The notes: generated from the letters alone by a model not told the origin. Numbered from the stretch's first letter, positions 13,247-25,343 are shown. The stretch: DNA of 64,000 nt from Octopus sinensis (GCF_006345805.1 NC_043002.1:5270001-5334000); one strand, 5' to 3'. Program-made: numbers and translations.

Positions 13247-13337
13247 CCTACGCTGATGAGAAAAGAAGTTGGGTAAGATATAATTATCTAATTCTTATGC
13301 TTTCCTAAAACTTAATTTCGAAACGTACGTCCGTAGG
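13247..13337 (+). ncRNA. Type I hammerhead ribozyme, canonical core
   Basis: Stem I cctacg (13247-52)/cgtagg (13332-37); CTGATGA 13253-59; ~60-nt domain II closed by G13260-C13319; GAAA 13320-23; palindromic stem III; GUC 13329-31. Confidence 0.87.
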
Positions 13338-13829
13338 TGACTTAAAATTGTATGATAGATTGCCGTCATTTCATTCTCTCTTACCTGTCTGTGTTTGCCT
13401 TTCAAGTGCTGTGTTTTTACTGAGATCTCCCTTTTAGTAGAAAGAATAGCTATAACTCATTGACTGCTATTTCTAAATTCGGTGTGTGGTGAGGCAATTC
13501 GTTGCTAAACCCTTAATTGCTTAGTATTACTTAAATTTTCCTCGAATGAGGCTTTTACATGCCGAAATCTACTTGGTGTAATTAATAATTATTCCAAATT
13601 AATTAATTTCACCCTATACTGTTACTGATAACCATATTTCATCCCAGTAAATGACCACAGCATCTTGTCTTGGCTACACGCGGGTGGGAAGGGGCTGGTG
13701 ACACAAACTTTCATTCACACTTTGAATTTGGTGGTACTGGTAACGGCTTTAGCTCGCTCTGATACTGAGTTGAGATGATGCCTTCTAGTATCTCGAAATT
13801 TAATATACAATTATTCATAATTGTAGTGT

Positions 13830-13920
13830 CCTACGCTGATGAGAAAAGAAGTTGGGTAAGATATAATTATCTAATTCTTATGCTTTCCTAAAACTTAATT
13901 TCGAAACGTACGGCCGTAGG
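13830..13920 (+). ncRNA. Type I hammerhead ribozyme copy, cleavage triplet mutated GUC to GGC (predicted inactive)
   Basis: Matches 13247-13337 except gaaacgtacggccgtagg (G at 13913). Confidence 0.8.
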
Positions 13921-14111
13921 TGACTTAAAATTGTATGATAGATTGCCGTCATTTCATTCTCTCTTACCTGTCTGTGTTTGCCTTTCAAGTGCTGTGTTTT
14001 TACTGAGATCTCCCTTTTAGTAGAAAGAATAGCTATAACTCTTTGACTGCTATTTCTAAATTCGGTGTGTGGTGAGGCAATTCGTTGCTAAACCCTTAAT
14101 TGCTTTGTACT

Positions 14112-14174
<63 letters not shown>

Positions 14175-14344
14175 AATGGAGAAATTGTACAAAATGTATA
14201 AATGGATGACTGAGTAAAGTACCGGCACACTATCGATTACCTGTTAACCGTAGATTTACTGCAAGAACTTCGTACCGGCGGTTGGGGCAACAGTATTAAT
14301 AAACTAGGAGTTGGAATGTGTAAAAGACTTTATTGGGTACAACA

Positions 14345-14490
14345 CATTTCAATGTTCCGTCTACCGAATCCACTCAAAAGGCTTTGGTTGGCCTAAGACT
14401 ATAGTAGAAGTCACTTTCCCAAGCTGCCACGCAGAGAGACTGGACCCCCTAATCATGTGGTTGGCAAGCTAGCTTCTTACCACACAGCCA
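14345..14490 (-). mobile_element. OR1-like SINE 5' part
   Basis: ccgaatccactcaaaaggctttggt..ccaagctgccacgcag..cttaccacacagccac. Confidence 0.8.
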
Positions 14491-15062
14491 CTCATACATT
14501 TGTTATTACTTCGCTATCCGTATTTCTCCTTAGATTTTTATTCTTACTCCTTTCGCCGTTAAACTTGCATTGATTTCTACTTCATATATATATTGTTGAC
14601 AGAATCATTTTCAGTCAGAGTCGAACGGTTTATGTTGCTCAAGAAAGCGTAGTTGTTTTTCATAACAGATTCTTTACGCTTTAACGAGGATCTCTTGATT
14701 CAAGCTTTCCTATTTATTATATCATATTTCTATAGTATTTGTCTCCTCCTTTTTCGGTCATTAATGATGTTTTCAGTTTGCTGGATGTTTTCGTTCAGCA
14801 CAAAATCGAATTACTAATGACAATTTTAAGTTGATAAATAAAGATCAAACAAATATTACAGTGGTGTTTGTAAATAAAATTTCTTCTTTTCTCATAAGTA
14901 CAATTCCGTTCTTTATTTTCCATTTTGTATTTTAACTATTTTTGTACCTAAAACGAGTTACATTTCCGTAAACTCAACGTAAGATCTATAAAAATCGTAT
15001 CTAAGGTAATAATTGTGAAATAATTTAAGTTAAAAAAATTAAAATTATTATTATGCATTGTT

Positions 15063-15250
15063 TAGAAGGCGGTGAACAGGCAGAATCGTTAGCACACATG
15101 TCAAAATGCTTAGTTCTGAGTTCAAATTCCGCCGAGTTCAACTTTGCCATTCATCCTTTCGGGATCTATGAAATAAGTACCACTTACGCACTTGGGTCGA
15201 TGTAATCGACTTGCCCCTCTCGCCCCAAAATATTAGGCGTTGTGCTTATT
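15063..15250 (+). mobile_element. Diverged CORE-SINE
   Basis: ggcggtgaacaggcagaatcgttagc..gttcaaattccgccgagttcaactttgcc..gggtcgatgtaatcgac. Confidence 0.8.
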
Positions 15251-15632
15251 GTAGAAATGATTATTATGCCTTCTTTATGGTTCTGATATACACAACATTG
15301 TAACACATAATTTTTTAACTAGTCCTTGGTCTCAAACAGAAAAATCCAGAAATTCGAGTCCTCTCTATTTCCATTTACCAGATAACCGGCCTAATAACTG
15401 TTGCAAGCGGTAAATGCTTTTAACAACGACAAAAACCAACAACTTCAACAACGATCAGCAGCAGCAACTTCAGGTTCATGCATTCTTAAAGTAGTGTGGT
15501 GGTTCAAGTGGGAAATCTTTAATTTCCTTTGTACTCAAAGTTTACTATGTATGTAATACATATAAGGACTATAGATCAAATTTTCTTTGTTTATGTCTGT
15601 TTGTTCTGCCTGCCTGCCCCCTCTATCCCCCC

Positions 15633-15680
<48 letters not shown>

Positions 15681-16559
15681 ACACAAACACACAATATATA
15701 TTCACACAACCATATATATACATATATTGGTATATATGCATCTTCATAAGTGTTTATATATATACATATACTCATATACATACATTTACATATGTATTAT
15801 ACATATATACATGTGTGTGTGTGTATGTGTGGGGGGTATAGCTAAGTAAGTAGGTATGCATGTGTGTATATGAATATTTTGTAAAAAAGACAACACAGAG
15901 GGTAAAGTTTAACAAATACTGTATTAATTTAGCACTTAAAAAGAAGGAAAAGAACTATGACGTTTCGGATGTTAGTCGTTCATCAGAAGAACGAGAAAGA
16001 GGAAAAGTCAGCAAGTGAAAAAAGAAAAGGCGATAGGTTAAGAGCTGAGTGGGAATGCATTTCTATGAGAGTTAAGAGGAGAGGAGGGAGTGAATGGGAA
16101 ATGTATAAGTACAAGTATATGAGTGTATCCGTTTTTAGATATGGACAGGATAAGAGTGTTTTGTGTTGTTTTGGGGGTGTATTTTTGTATTATGTGGAAG
16201 TGTGCAAGTTCATAACTATAGTAGCGTAAGGCATATGTGTGTATGTGTGCGTCCATTTAGTTTGAGAAGGGCGTGGATGTGAGAACGTGAGAGTCGGTGC
16301 GAATGTCAGATAAAGAGAAGACACTTGAAACGTGGAGGGTGTAATAGAAGTGTCTGCAGGCGTATGGCTGTGACACGCAGATATATGGAAAGAAAGAAGG
16401 TACAAAAGAAGTGAAAGTGTGAGAAAAGGGGCAGATTCAGAGAGAAAAGTCAAGGAAAAAGTAGATGAAAATTCATTACAATGCAAGACTCTAGTAAAGA
16501 GGGAAAGAACGAGCGAGCGAGCGAACGAGAGAGAGAGAGAGAGAGAATAAGAGAGAGAT

Positions 16560-17050
16560 AATTAAAAGTTCTGTGAAAGAGAAAACATTATTTAAATATT
16601 GCATAACACCGGTGAAATATCCGAAGAGTTTTGGAAGTCCAGGAACTGGTAAAAGAAATTTAATCCGATGAGACACAAGGAAAGGCAAGAGGAATGTCAC
16701 AGAAGTGTGTTCACGTGACAGAGTGAGAAGTGTTTTTCATGGAAGAAAGAATAAAGAAGAAATGAAGAAAATTTTTTAAAATATGTAAATGGTTGAACGT
16801 CCGGAGAATTCAAAAATGGAGATGTAGTAATAAATTCCAGAGATGAGAACCGCGTAAAATGCATGGTGCAGAAGGGTTAGGCAGAACTGTACGATGTACA
16901 GGAAAATCGAAGAGGAAGGAAAAAGAGATCTCTTTTGACAGATGTGGAGAATAAAAGACGGTAAAAAGTAGAAGAATGTTTAAGCGCGTGCGCGAGCATA
17001 TTAGCAAGCTGAAGAGTCGGCGGCGGAGAAGGTGTGAAACAGCTGTCAAG
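16560..17050 (-). mobile_element. Possible highly decayed jockey/I-group LINE 3' region
   Basis: Weak protein resemblance only (RRLFSLL...FY...; SHLWNLL). Confidence 0.25.
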
Positions 17051-17585
17051 CAAAGAGAGTGTGGCGGAGGGAGAAGGAATGTGTATGAGTGACTGAGAAT
17101 ATGTATGTATGTATGCGAGTATTTATATGCGTATGGGTGTATGGAGAAAAAAGAGAACGTGTGAGTGTGCCAGTGTATGTGTGTATGGAGAATGGTTGAT
17201 GTGTGTGTGTGCCAGAGACGAGATGGTGAATGGCGATATCAATGCAATCTCAGATATCAACAGACGAAATCATACCAACACAATTCGGTTAAATATTCAA
17301 TCCCAGTATAACTGTGCCAATCTTAGCTTATATCCATTCAATAGCAATATCTCGATAAAGAGCTGATATATTGTACAATAGTTAAACTAAAAAGGACTGT
17401 GAAAGCATTTATTTGGGTTTAACAATATTTACATTTAAGAGTAAGCAAACACAGCTCAATGTATTTTGGTAGTGGTGGTCGTGGTGGTGGATATTTAGAA
17501 ACCTGAAGTTCTATCTTTCTATCACAATATGTCTAGAAAATGAAAAACAAAGGTATACGCTAAACTATATCCTTGTATTTTAAAT

Positions 17586-18340
17586 AAGGTGGCGAGCTGG
17601 CAGACACGTTAGCACACCGGGCGAAACACTTAGCGGTATTTCGTCTGCCGTTACGTTCTGGGTTCAAATTCCGCCGAGGTCGACTTTGCCTTTCATCCTT
17701 TCTGGGTCGATAAATTAAGTACTAGTAACGCACTGGGGTCGATGTAATCGACTTAATCCGTTTGTCTGTCCTTGTTTGTCCCCTCTGTGTTTAGCCCCTT
17801 GTGGGTAGTAAAAAATAAATAAAAATATACCCTTGTATTTTAAATAAGGTGGCGAGCTGGCAGAAACGTTAGCACACCGGGCGAAACACTTAGCGGTATT
17901 TCGTCTGCCGTTACGTTCTGGGTTCAAATTCCGCCGAGGTCGACTTTGCCTTTCATCCTTTCTGGGTCGATAAATTAAGTACTAGTAACGCACTGGGGTC
18001 GATGTAATCGACTTAATCCGTTTGTCTGTCCTTGTTTGTCCCCTCTGTGTTTAGCCCCTTGTGGGTAGTAAAAAATAAAAAAAAATATACCCTTGTATTT
18101 TAAATAAGGCGGCGAGCTGGCAGAAACGTTAGCACGCCGGGCGAAATGCTTAACAGTATTTCGACTGCTGTTACGTTCTGAATTCAAATTCCGCCGAGGT
18201 CGACTTTGCCTTTCATCCTATCGGGGTCGATAAATTAAGTACCAGTAACGCACTGGGGTCGATGTAATCGACTTAATCCCTTTGTCTGTCCTTGTTTGTC
18301 CCCTTGGTGTTTAACCCATTGTGGGTAGTAAAGAAATAGA
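17586..18340 (+). mobile_element. Three tandem OR2-like CORE-SINEs separated by repeats of the target sequence
   Basis: ~260-bp units; tatccttgtattttaaat (or a 1-nt variant) before, between and after them. Confidence 0.92.
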
Positions 18341-18719
18341 TATCCTTGTATTTTAAATCACGTAGCAGGTACATTTCAGAAATTTTGTCCATCTAGTTTA
18401 TTAAATCCAAAAACTAAATTCGTCTCGAAATGTCATCAAAAGGAATATCAGTCATGGTATCATATTTTATCGAGGAGTTTATTTTTTGTTCTTTTATTTC
18501 TTTCAGTCAGTTTACTCTCTTTTTTTACTTGTTTCAGTCATGTGACTGTGGCCATACTGGAGCAGCGTCTTTAGTCGAGCAAATCGACCCTAAGGCTTAT
18601 TCTTTGTAAGCCTAGTACTTATTCTATCGGTCACTTTTGCCGAACCGGTAAGTTACGGGGACGTAAACACACCAGCATCAGTTGTCAAGCGATGTTGGGG
18701 GGACAAACACACACACACA

Positions 18720-18784
<65 letters not shown>

Positions 18785-18817
18785 AAGGGTGGAAAGGAAC
18801 ACACGAGTTGATATATA

Positions 18818-19146
18818 TGAAAAAACAAGTCAAAAATAGAAAATGCTAAGATAATTTTATAGTGAATCTTTCAGTACCGGTTTCGGTCATTTTGAGACCT
18901 TTTCAACTGTAACGATTAAATAATTAAATTTAGAAAAATTAGAAGAAAAGGAAAAGATTTTTAAAAGAATATTTCTGTAGTAGTGTTCAGATATAAGTAG
19001 CATTCTGCCTTTCTCTGACTCCCTTGTTTGCACTTGTGTGTTCGAGGTCGTTTTGAGGTCAAAACGACCTCGAACACACAAGTGCAGGTACTGAAAGATT
19101 CACTATAAAATTATCTTAGCATTTTCTATTTTTGACTTGTTTTTTC

Positions 19147-19147
<1 letters not shown>
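18818..19147. mobile_element. HHR-bearing fold-back element (61-bp inverted arms; internal 28-bp hairpin at 19029-19086)
   Basis: Arms 18818-18878 and 19087-19147 are reverse complements; (TA)n on both sides. Confidence 0.85.
18868..18912 (-). ncRNA. Minimal type I hammerhead with U3-A8 compensatory core
   Basis: Minus strand: ttacag UUGAAAA GGUC ucaaaau GACC GAAA CCGG UA cugaaa. Confidence 0.7.
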
Positions 19148-19178
<31 letters not shown>

Positions 19179-19826
19179 TATATATACATATATATACGAC
19201 AGGGACTGAACCCGGAACTATGTGGTTCGTAAGCAAGCTACTTACCACACAGCCATAGTTTAGTATACATTTTCAATATATATTGTTTTAAGTTGATTTA
19301 CTTTGAAATTCTTCGAAAATGCTTGAAAGTTCTTTGAAGAACCTTGAACACTTTGAATATTCAGAATTCTCCTTCCTAACACGTAATTTTGTTCCAAATA
19401 CTGTCTGTAAGGTAAACATTGTCAAAGGAATTTACTTTGCAAATTGTAGACCTGTTGGTTAACTGGAATCTTCTTTTCTGAGAATTAGTAAAAGAACTTG
19501 AAACTGCTTATTGTTCATTGATTTTTGGATATTATATAAGTAATAATGAGCTCTTTCCTCCGTACTTGTAATGTTTATATATTTCTGAATCTCCTTTATC
19601 TTCCTGCTTTTTTTTTTATCTCTTTTTGCTCGTTTGTTTTATTTTTCCCTTTATCACATCGTTTTTGCGTGTTTTCCCTTCTTTTCCATATTTGTTTATA
19701 AACATGATTGCACTTCGTTCCTTTATTTCGCTGCAGCTGAACTCTTCTACATATTCGCTTACTTCCTCTTTCCCTCACTTCATCTATTGTTATCTAATTC
19801 TACTTTTAGTATTTGTTTATTATATA

Positions 19827-20223
19827 CTAGCAGTATCGCCCGGCGTTGCTCGGGTTTGTAAGGGAAATAACTATATAAGCATTTTTAGAGATGTAAAGTA
19901 TAATAGCCATCTCAATATGGCTAACCACAAAGGGGGGGGGGGTACTGTAGCTTTTTACGTTCTGAGATTTAATAATAAATTTTTAGAGAGTTACTTCCCT
20001 TATATATGTCAAAAATGCATTAAAAATGGGAAAAATTGATGGTAAATTTTTTTTTAAATCGTAGACTCATCGTAGACGCGCGCTAATACCCAGAAGAGCT
20101 CGATATGAATCACGACTATAAGATACCTGGTTTTGGTTAAACTGCACTGCAAAATGTGGGAGTAGTTAGGAATCTAAATCGTAGGAGACAGACAGCACAC
20201 AACCTCTCTTTTATATATAAAGA
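19827..20223 (-). mobile_element. Non-autonomous Helitron, family A
   Basis: Minus strand A|TC..., subterminal hairpin cccgagcaacgccggg, ...CTAG|T; near-identical to 29131-29515 and 50651-51048. Confidence 0.88.
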
Positions 20224-21025
20224 TTTTCAAATATTTTCTCCCCCTTTTCTGTTGAATATATATCTTCCATATTTGGTTGAAATCAAAACTACTGTATCTT
20301 AAATACGACTGTACATTAAAATGTTACACTTCCCGACACAAGTCGATTACACTGCAATAGACTTGTGCCTAACACTCTCTTCGTTCCATATTTTTCTTTT
20401 TCACATTCCAGGTCCCTTTTCTCTTCTTTTTCGTTTTCCTTTTGTTCTCCATTTTCTTTCCTTTATCTTTCCCCCTTTTCCATTTACCTTTTCTTTTATG
20501 CCTTTTTATTTTACTTCTTTACATCTTTACATCTTTCTCTCTCTCTCTCTCTGTCGCTTTGTTCTACAGATTTTCCCTTCCATCGCTCAATTTAAGAGAA
20601 AATTTGATTTTTCAGATTTAAAATCATAAATTTTTAGTATTTATGAGCTTGCCCTACATATGCTGTGCACGTTGTAATATAATTTTGAGTTTGGGCAAAA
20701 ATAAACATGCAAAACACAGAAAAGCAACGGTGTGACATTTCAGTTACAGTTATCGTTATTAGCTCTACGTTGTGTATTGAGTACACTGTCCTCGCGTTTG
20801 TGTGTGTGTGTGTGGTGTGTGTGCTCCAGCATGGTTGCAGTCTAATTAATGAAACAAGTGAAAGAATAAAAGAATATATATACGTATAGACTAGAGGGAG
20901 AAAAAGAGAGACAGACAGAAAGAAAGAAAGAAAGAAAGAGAGAAAGAAAGAAAGAGAGGGAGAGAGGCATCCTCACAGAGTTTGATATACATATATCTAT
21001 GTGTTTGCATATACGAGTGTTTAAG

Positions 21026-21366
21026 CTGCAGTTGGTGTTGTTCAACTGTGGGTCAATCCTGATCGAACATACAATGAAATGCTTTCCAACCGAGACCTAC
21101 CCTTCTTTTTATGACTATCTAAAACTACAATGTCGAAGAGGCTATTCCCTCTTTTTAAAGATGTTAGAATGTGATTTCATGATAATTTGGTCGATATTTT
21201 TGTAGCTGTCGTAACCATATAGAAAAAAAAACCCTTGTTGGCCTGTGTATGAAGTAGTCAAAAGACGAAGGGAAGCACGTATGGCCTTTGCAGGTTTTCT
21301 ATGACTGGTGAGGTCGTAACGGTAGATGTTAGCCTTGAAATACTGCATAAAAAAAGAACAAAAGGC
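21026..21366. repeat. Unclassified ~340-bp dispersed duplication, copy 1
   Basis: Near-identical to 25344-25687, same orientation. Confidence 0.9.
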
Positions 21367-23439
21367 AGAAATGTGTGACTGGGAAAATACGGGAAACAGG
21401 TATGTAAGCCGCAAGTGCGATGGCCAAAGGAGAGATAACTGCATTAGTTGGTCTTAGACAAAAGGGAGCGTCAGTTTGCTATTTCGAAGAAGCAATAGAA
21501 AGGACAAGCAGAAGTAGTTCGTCTGTGATCCAGTTGTTACTTAAAGATCCTTTGTCAATCAACCAAAATAATCATATCTAAATGTCATAAGGTTGCAAAC
21601 TGGAAATGTTGTTAGAAGGCCGGATTGATTGCCTTGAAACTGCGTTCTAAGTTAAAACCCTTAATTTACGGGATTAGTAGTTCAATGACCAGTCCAGTAC
21701 TTGGGGTAGACACTTCTTCCTCTATTTTCTCTCTTTCTTTGAGAATTTTTACTTGTGACTCAACAATGGTTGGAGTACACTGCAATCACATTAAGCAAAC
21801 ATGCAAACTCTATGTAAGATGAAACGACATAAAAGCTAGGAAAGAGGTTTAGGGTTTCTCAACGCATGAATATGTCGTCGTAGAAATTTTGTGTTTTTGA
21901 TGTGTGTAAAAGGAAACTCATCTGCCATGTCCTCAACTGAGCTGGTTTCCAAAGACTCTCTTAATGAATGCAATGTATGTTTGGTCTCGCTTGACAAACG
22001 AAAGCTGATACCAAGTAGTTAGGCGATCAATATGTAGAGAGAAGAGTATGGAAGGTGTAAAGGCTGGAAAAAAATAATAAAGGCAGGAAGGTAACAGAAT
22101 GCTTTTGATTAAGACTAATTTGAAGATGAACAACAATAATGGCTTCTGCTTTAGGAGCTAAGCCAACAATTATGTTAAACAACAATAATAACATCATCAC
22201 CATCACATTAAACAACAATTAGAAGCTTCATACATCTACGAACATTAGCTTCACCCTAGCAACACGAACATCATAAAACATCTCTACCATAACAACCAGT
22301 GCCATTACGACCACCAGCAGCAGCAGCAGCACCACCACCACCACCACCACCACCACCACCAACCACCACCACCACCACCGCCGCCGCCGTTGCCACCACG
22401 ATCTAATTATGGGAATTCTATGTGGTTTCTCAACGTGCAAAAAATGATAGCCTACTCTCCCTCAAATCATACCCGACAGTCTTATCACAGGACTCATTGA
22501 ATAATGTGGCCCTAGATTCTTAAGGAAAAAGGCGGGATAATCACGGTTAGAATACCTTTGGTTATAGATGTGCTCGATCAGGGCTAACCTGGGGTCAAAC
22601 AACAAGCAGTTACTGACGGACCCTCTAAGTGGGCGTTCGACCTGACAGAAATAGTCAAATCCTTTGAAATTACCGTCTTCAAAAAAGTAACGACATTAGA
22701 TATTGTTGTCTAAAATATTAGTTGTTGTGGTGATGATGATGATGATGATGATGATGATGACGATGGCGGTGGCGGTGCAGTAGTGATGGTCATGGTGTTG
22801 ATTGTGGTATTGGTTATGGTGATGATAATGATGATGATGATGATGATGATGATGAAGATGATGATGGTATTCTAGTGGTGGCTATGATAGTAGTGGTCGT
22901 CATATAGATGTATCTGTTTTGTGGCTGGTTGGCCACTTGTCAGCAGGCAGGTTCCAATAACTTTTCTGTCCCTTTTTTTTTTGTCCAGTGTGGTGGTGAT
23001 CCCGATAGGGAGATGGTGATAGACGTCTCAATATGGATGACTGTATTGATAATATACACAGAGGCCTGGTCTTATAAAGCAGACAGTCTTATCATCAAAG
23101 ACATTCCAGCCGTGATCATGCCTTCTCTTTTCAGACAAATATGAAGAGCTATACGTCTCAATGTGTCGTTCCCCCCCACACTTTTTTTTAGATGAGTGAG
23201 TGTTGTTTGCTGGAGATTTAACTGCTATAGCTAACAGATTGAGCGAGCACATAGAATCTCTTTCGTTTGCATTGGTGGTGTTTGTTGTTTTTGTGGTGGG
23301 GGATGGGTGTGTGTGTGAGGAAAGTAGTGGTGGTTACAGCGTTAGTAGCGTTAATAGCGATAGTAGTGGTTCTGCTAATCGAGTTGGTGGTCAACAGTGG
23401 TGATGCTGTTGATGGTTGCTGTTGAGCGAACGGTCTTCG

Positions 23440-23791
23440 TCCCAGAGCTCGCAAGATGGGAGAAGTCCGAAACGTGGTCCTTTGCTATTCGTAAGACCCG
23501 CAGAAGAGAAAGCAGGTCAACCCCCGACACCGAGAGCATCGACGGATGGATGAATGCGCATCCAGGCTCAGCGGTTGCGTAGGAAGTCGGGGACGAGAAA
23601 CAGGAAGAAAGAGTGAGAGAAAGTTGGAGCGAAAGAGTACAACAGGGGTCGCCACCACCCCCTGCCGGAGCCTCGTGAAGCTTTAGATGCTTTCGCTCAA
23701 TAAACACACACAACGCCCGGTCTGGGAATCGAAATCGCGATTCTCCGACCGCGAGTCCTCTGTCCTAACCACTGGACCACTGCGCCTCCAC
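23440..23791 (-). mobile_element. tRNA-derived SINE (gtggaggcgcagtggtcc head) with a distinct 3' body
   Basis: A/B-box-like head; first ~190 nt homologous to the SINE at 33945-34289. Confidence 0.75.
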
Positions 23792-24029
23792 TTGCAGCTG
23801 CTGTTGTTATTGTTGCTATCACTGTTATTTAGCCGCAGGTCAACCATACGATGGAGCAAAGCTTTGATTTAAGGCGCACTCGAAGGAGAAGAGAAAAGAA
23901 AAGAAAAAAGATCTAAGAAGAGTAGGGAGGTAGAAAACTGCATATTTTCCCTCATCAGCAGCAGAAGTCACTGAAGCATAAATGGAATAACTTGAGTAAT
24001 TTTAAATCACGAAACCATAATTGTTTCTA

Positions 24030-24720
24030 ATTTATGCACAAGGCCTGTATTTTGAGGGTAGTTAGTTGGTATCATGGGTAGTTTATTTTATTGAGCCCAG
24101 AACGATAAAAGGTAAAGTTGATCAAAATAGAGTTTAATCATTGTGACCAGAAGAAAGAGTGCAAGACGCTCTAACTCAGACATGGCCAGAAACTTTGATG
24201 CCGAGGGAACAGTCAAATCTGTCAACTCCATTACTCACTGGTGCCATATTTTATCGGTCCTTGGAAGGATGAAAAGCAAAGTTGACCCCAGCAGCATTTG
24301 AATTCAGAACGTGTTGAGCTGGAACAAATATAATTTCTAGCATATAGGGGAGGGGTTAGTCAACCTCCTTCTTGATACTTTATTTTATTTGAATTCAGAA
24401 TGAAGCTATTCGTGGGTGGGATTGAATTCAGAACGTAAAGAGCAAGATTAAGTACTGCAAGACCTTTTGTTTGACGATTTTCTAATGATTTTATCACCCT
24501 ACAAAACCTTTTCTGATATAGACACAGGACCAGAAATTCGAGATGGTTGGTAGTTGATACCATTGGCTCAAGGTTTTGACTAGTATTTTATTGTTATCGG
24601 TCTTGGAAGGACGGAAAGCAAAGTTGACCTCTGCAGCATTTGAACTTCAAGGGTAGAGAGCCAAAGTTAAAACGATTATGCCAATATGACGAACTGGCAG
24701 AACCGTTAGAGCTTCGCAGT
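24030..24720 (-). mobile_element. Several old CORE-SINE fragments
   Basis: Repeated ttttatcggtccttggaaggatgaaaagcaaagttgacc..gcatttgaattcagaacg. Confidence 0.65.
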
Positions 24721-24769
24721 ATTCATACATGTTTGCTGGACATTTTTGTAGAGAAATGTAGAAGAGTCC

Positions 24770-24950
24770 AGTTTGCTGGACATTGTTGTAGAGCTGAAAA
24801 CTAGGTAATTTCTACTCTTCTCCTCTGGAAGCCATCTGCTCGCGATACCATAGGGCGTACACTCTCCTACCCTGATGTAATCTCCAGCAACAGGACCTCC
24901 GTAATGCTATGATGGACCGTGAGGTCTGGCGTAACATAGTAAATTCCATG
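24770..24950 (+). mobile_element. RTE-type LINE 3' coding remnant
   Basis: FAGHCCRAEN*VISTLLLWKP..GRTLSYPDVIS / QQQDLRNAMMDREVWRNIVNS across frameshifts. Confidence 0.65.
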
Positions 24951-25343
24951 CACCGTATTTGGACCAGGATTCCGGTTTGTGACTACTTTCATTTTTCTCT
25001 CGTAGGTCCTGTAATGGGTAATGATCACTGCCATCCTTCCTGACTAAAAGATAAAAGAAATTTATCATCCTTGAAATAATAAGATAATTGTAATAATAAT
25101 TTAATCTACTTAGACTATAATTTCTGAAAATTGTGCTGTAGAATGTAAACAACGTAAAAGTTTGTTATTCTCTTCACACGCAGAAAAGAAAATATTATCC
25201 TGACTTGCTTCATGGCTGGTTGACCCCTTGCCGATTTATAGTTCTGCCCTCGAAGGGAACTTATAACAATCTCTATTCAAATCAAGCCCAAATTAAAGCT
25301 TAGCTGAGATGGATAGACTAGTTTGCATAACATCGGTGACCGA

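Larger units (their letters stand above)
12490..14107. mobile_element. HHR-bearing ~583-bp tandem unit (retrozyme-like, PLE-associated) in two head-to-head arms inside (TA)n
   Basis: Left arm 12490-13200 (sense minus, ~1.2 units; 12490 recurs at 13072). Right arm ~13213-14107 (sense plus, ~1.5 units; HHR cores at 13253 and 13836). Confidence 0.88.
18500..19256 (-). mobile_element. OR1-like SINE split by a PLE-type fold-back inserted in its internal (TA)n
   Basis: Tail half ~18500-18720; head remnant ~19195-19256 (gggactgaacccggaac..cttaccacacagcc). Confidence 0.8.

Noticed and set aside
17568-18358. CRISPR-like repeat-spacer pattern
   Set aside because: The 'spacers' are near-identical SINE copies in a eukaryotic context with no cas genes.
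22985-23460. Candidate host exons near 23 kb (polypyrimidine-AG at ~22985; ORFs 22908..23144 and 23218..23454)
   Set aside because: No recognisable domain, no convincing donor site, and partly simple-repeat or SINE derived.
23700-23791. tRNA-like sequences at SINE heads (also ~34200-34289, ~34460-34546, ~60060-60137)
   Set aside because: They continue into SINE bodies and lack a complete cloverleaf, so they are not tRNA genes.
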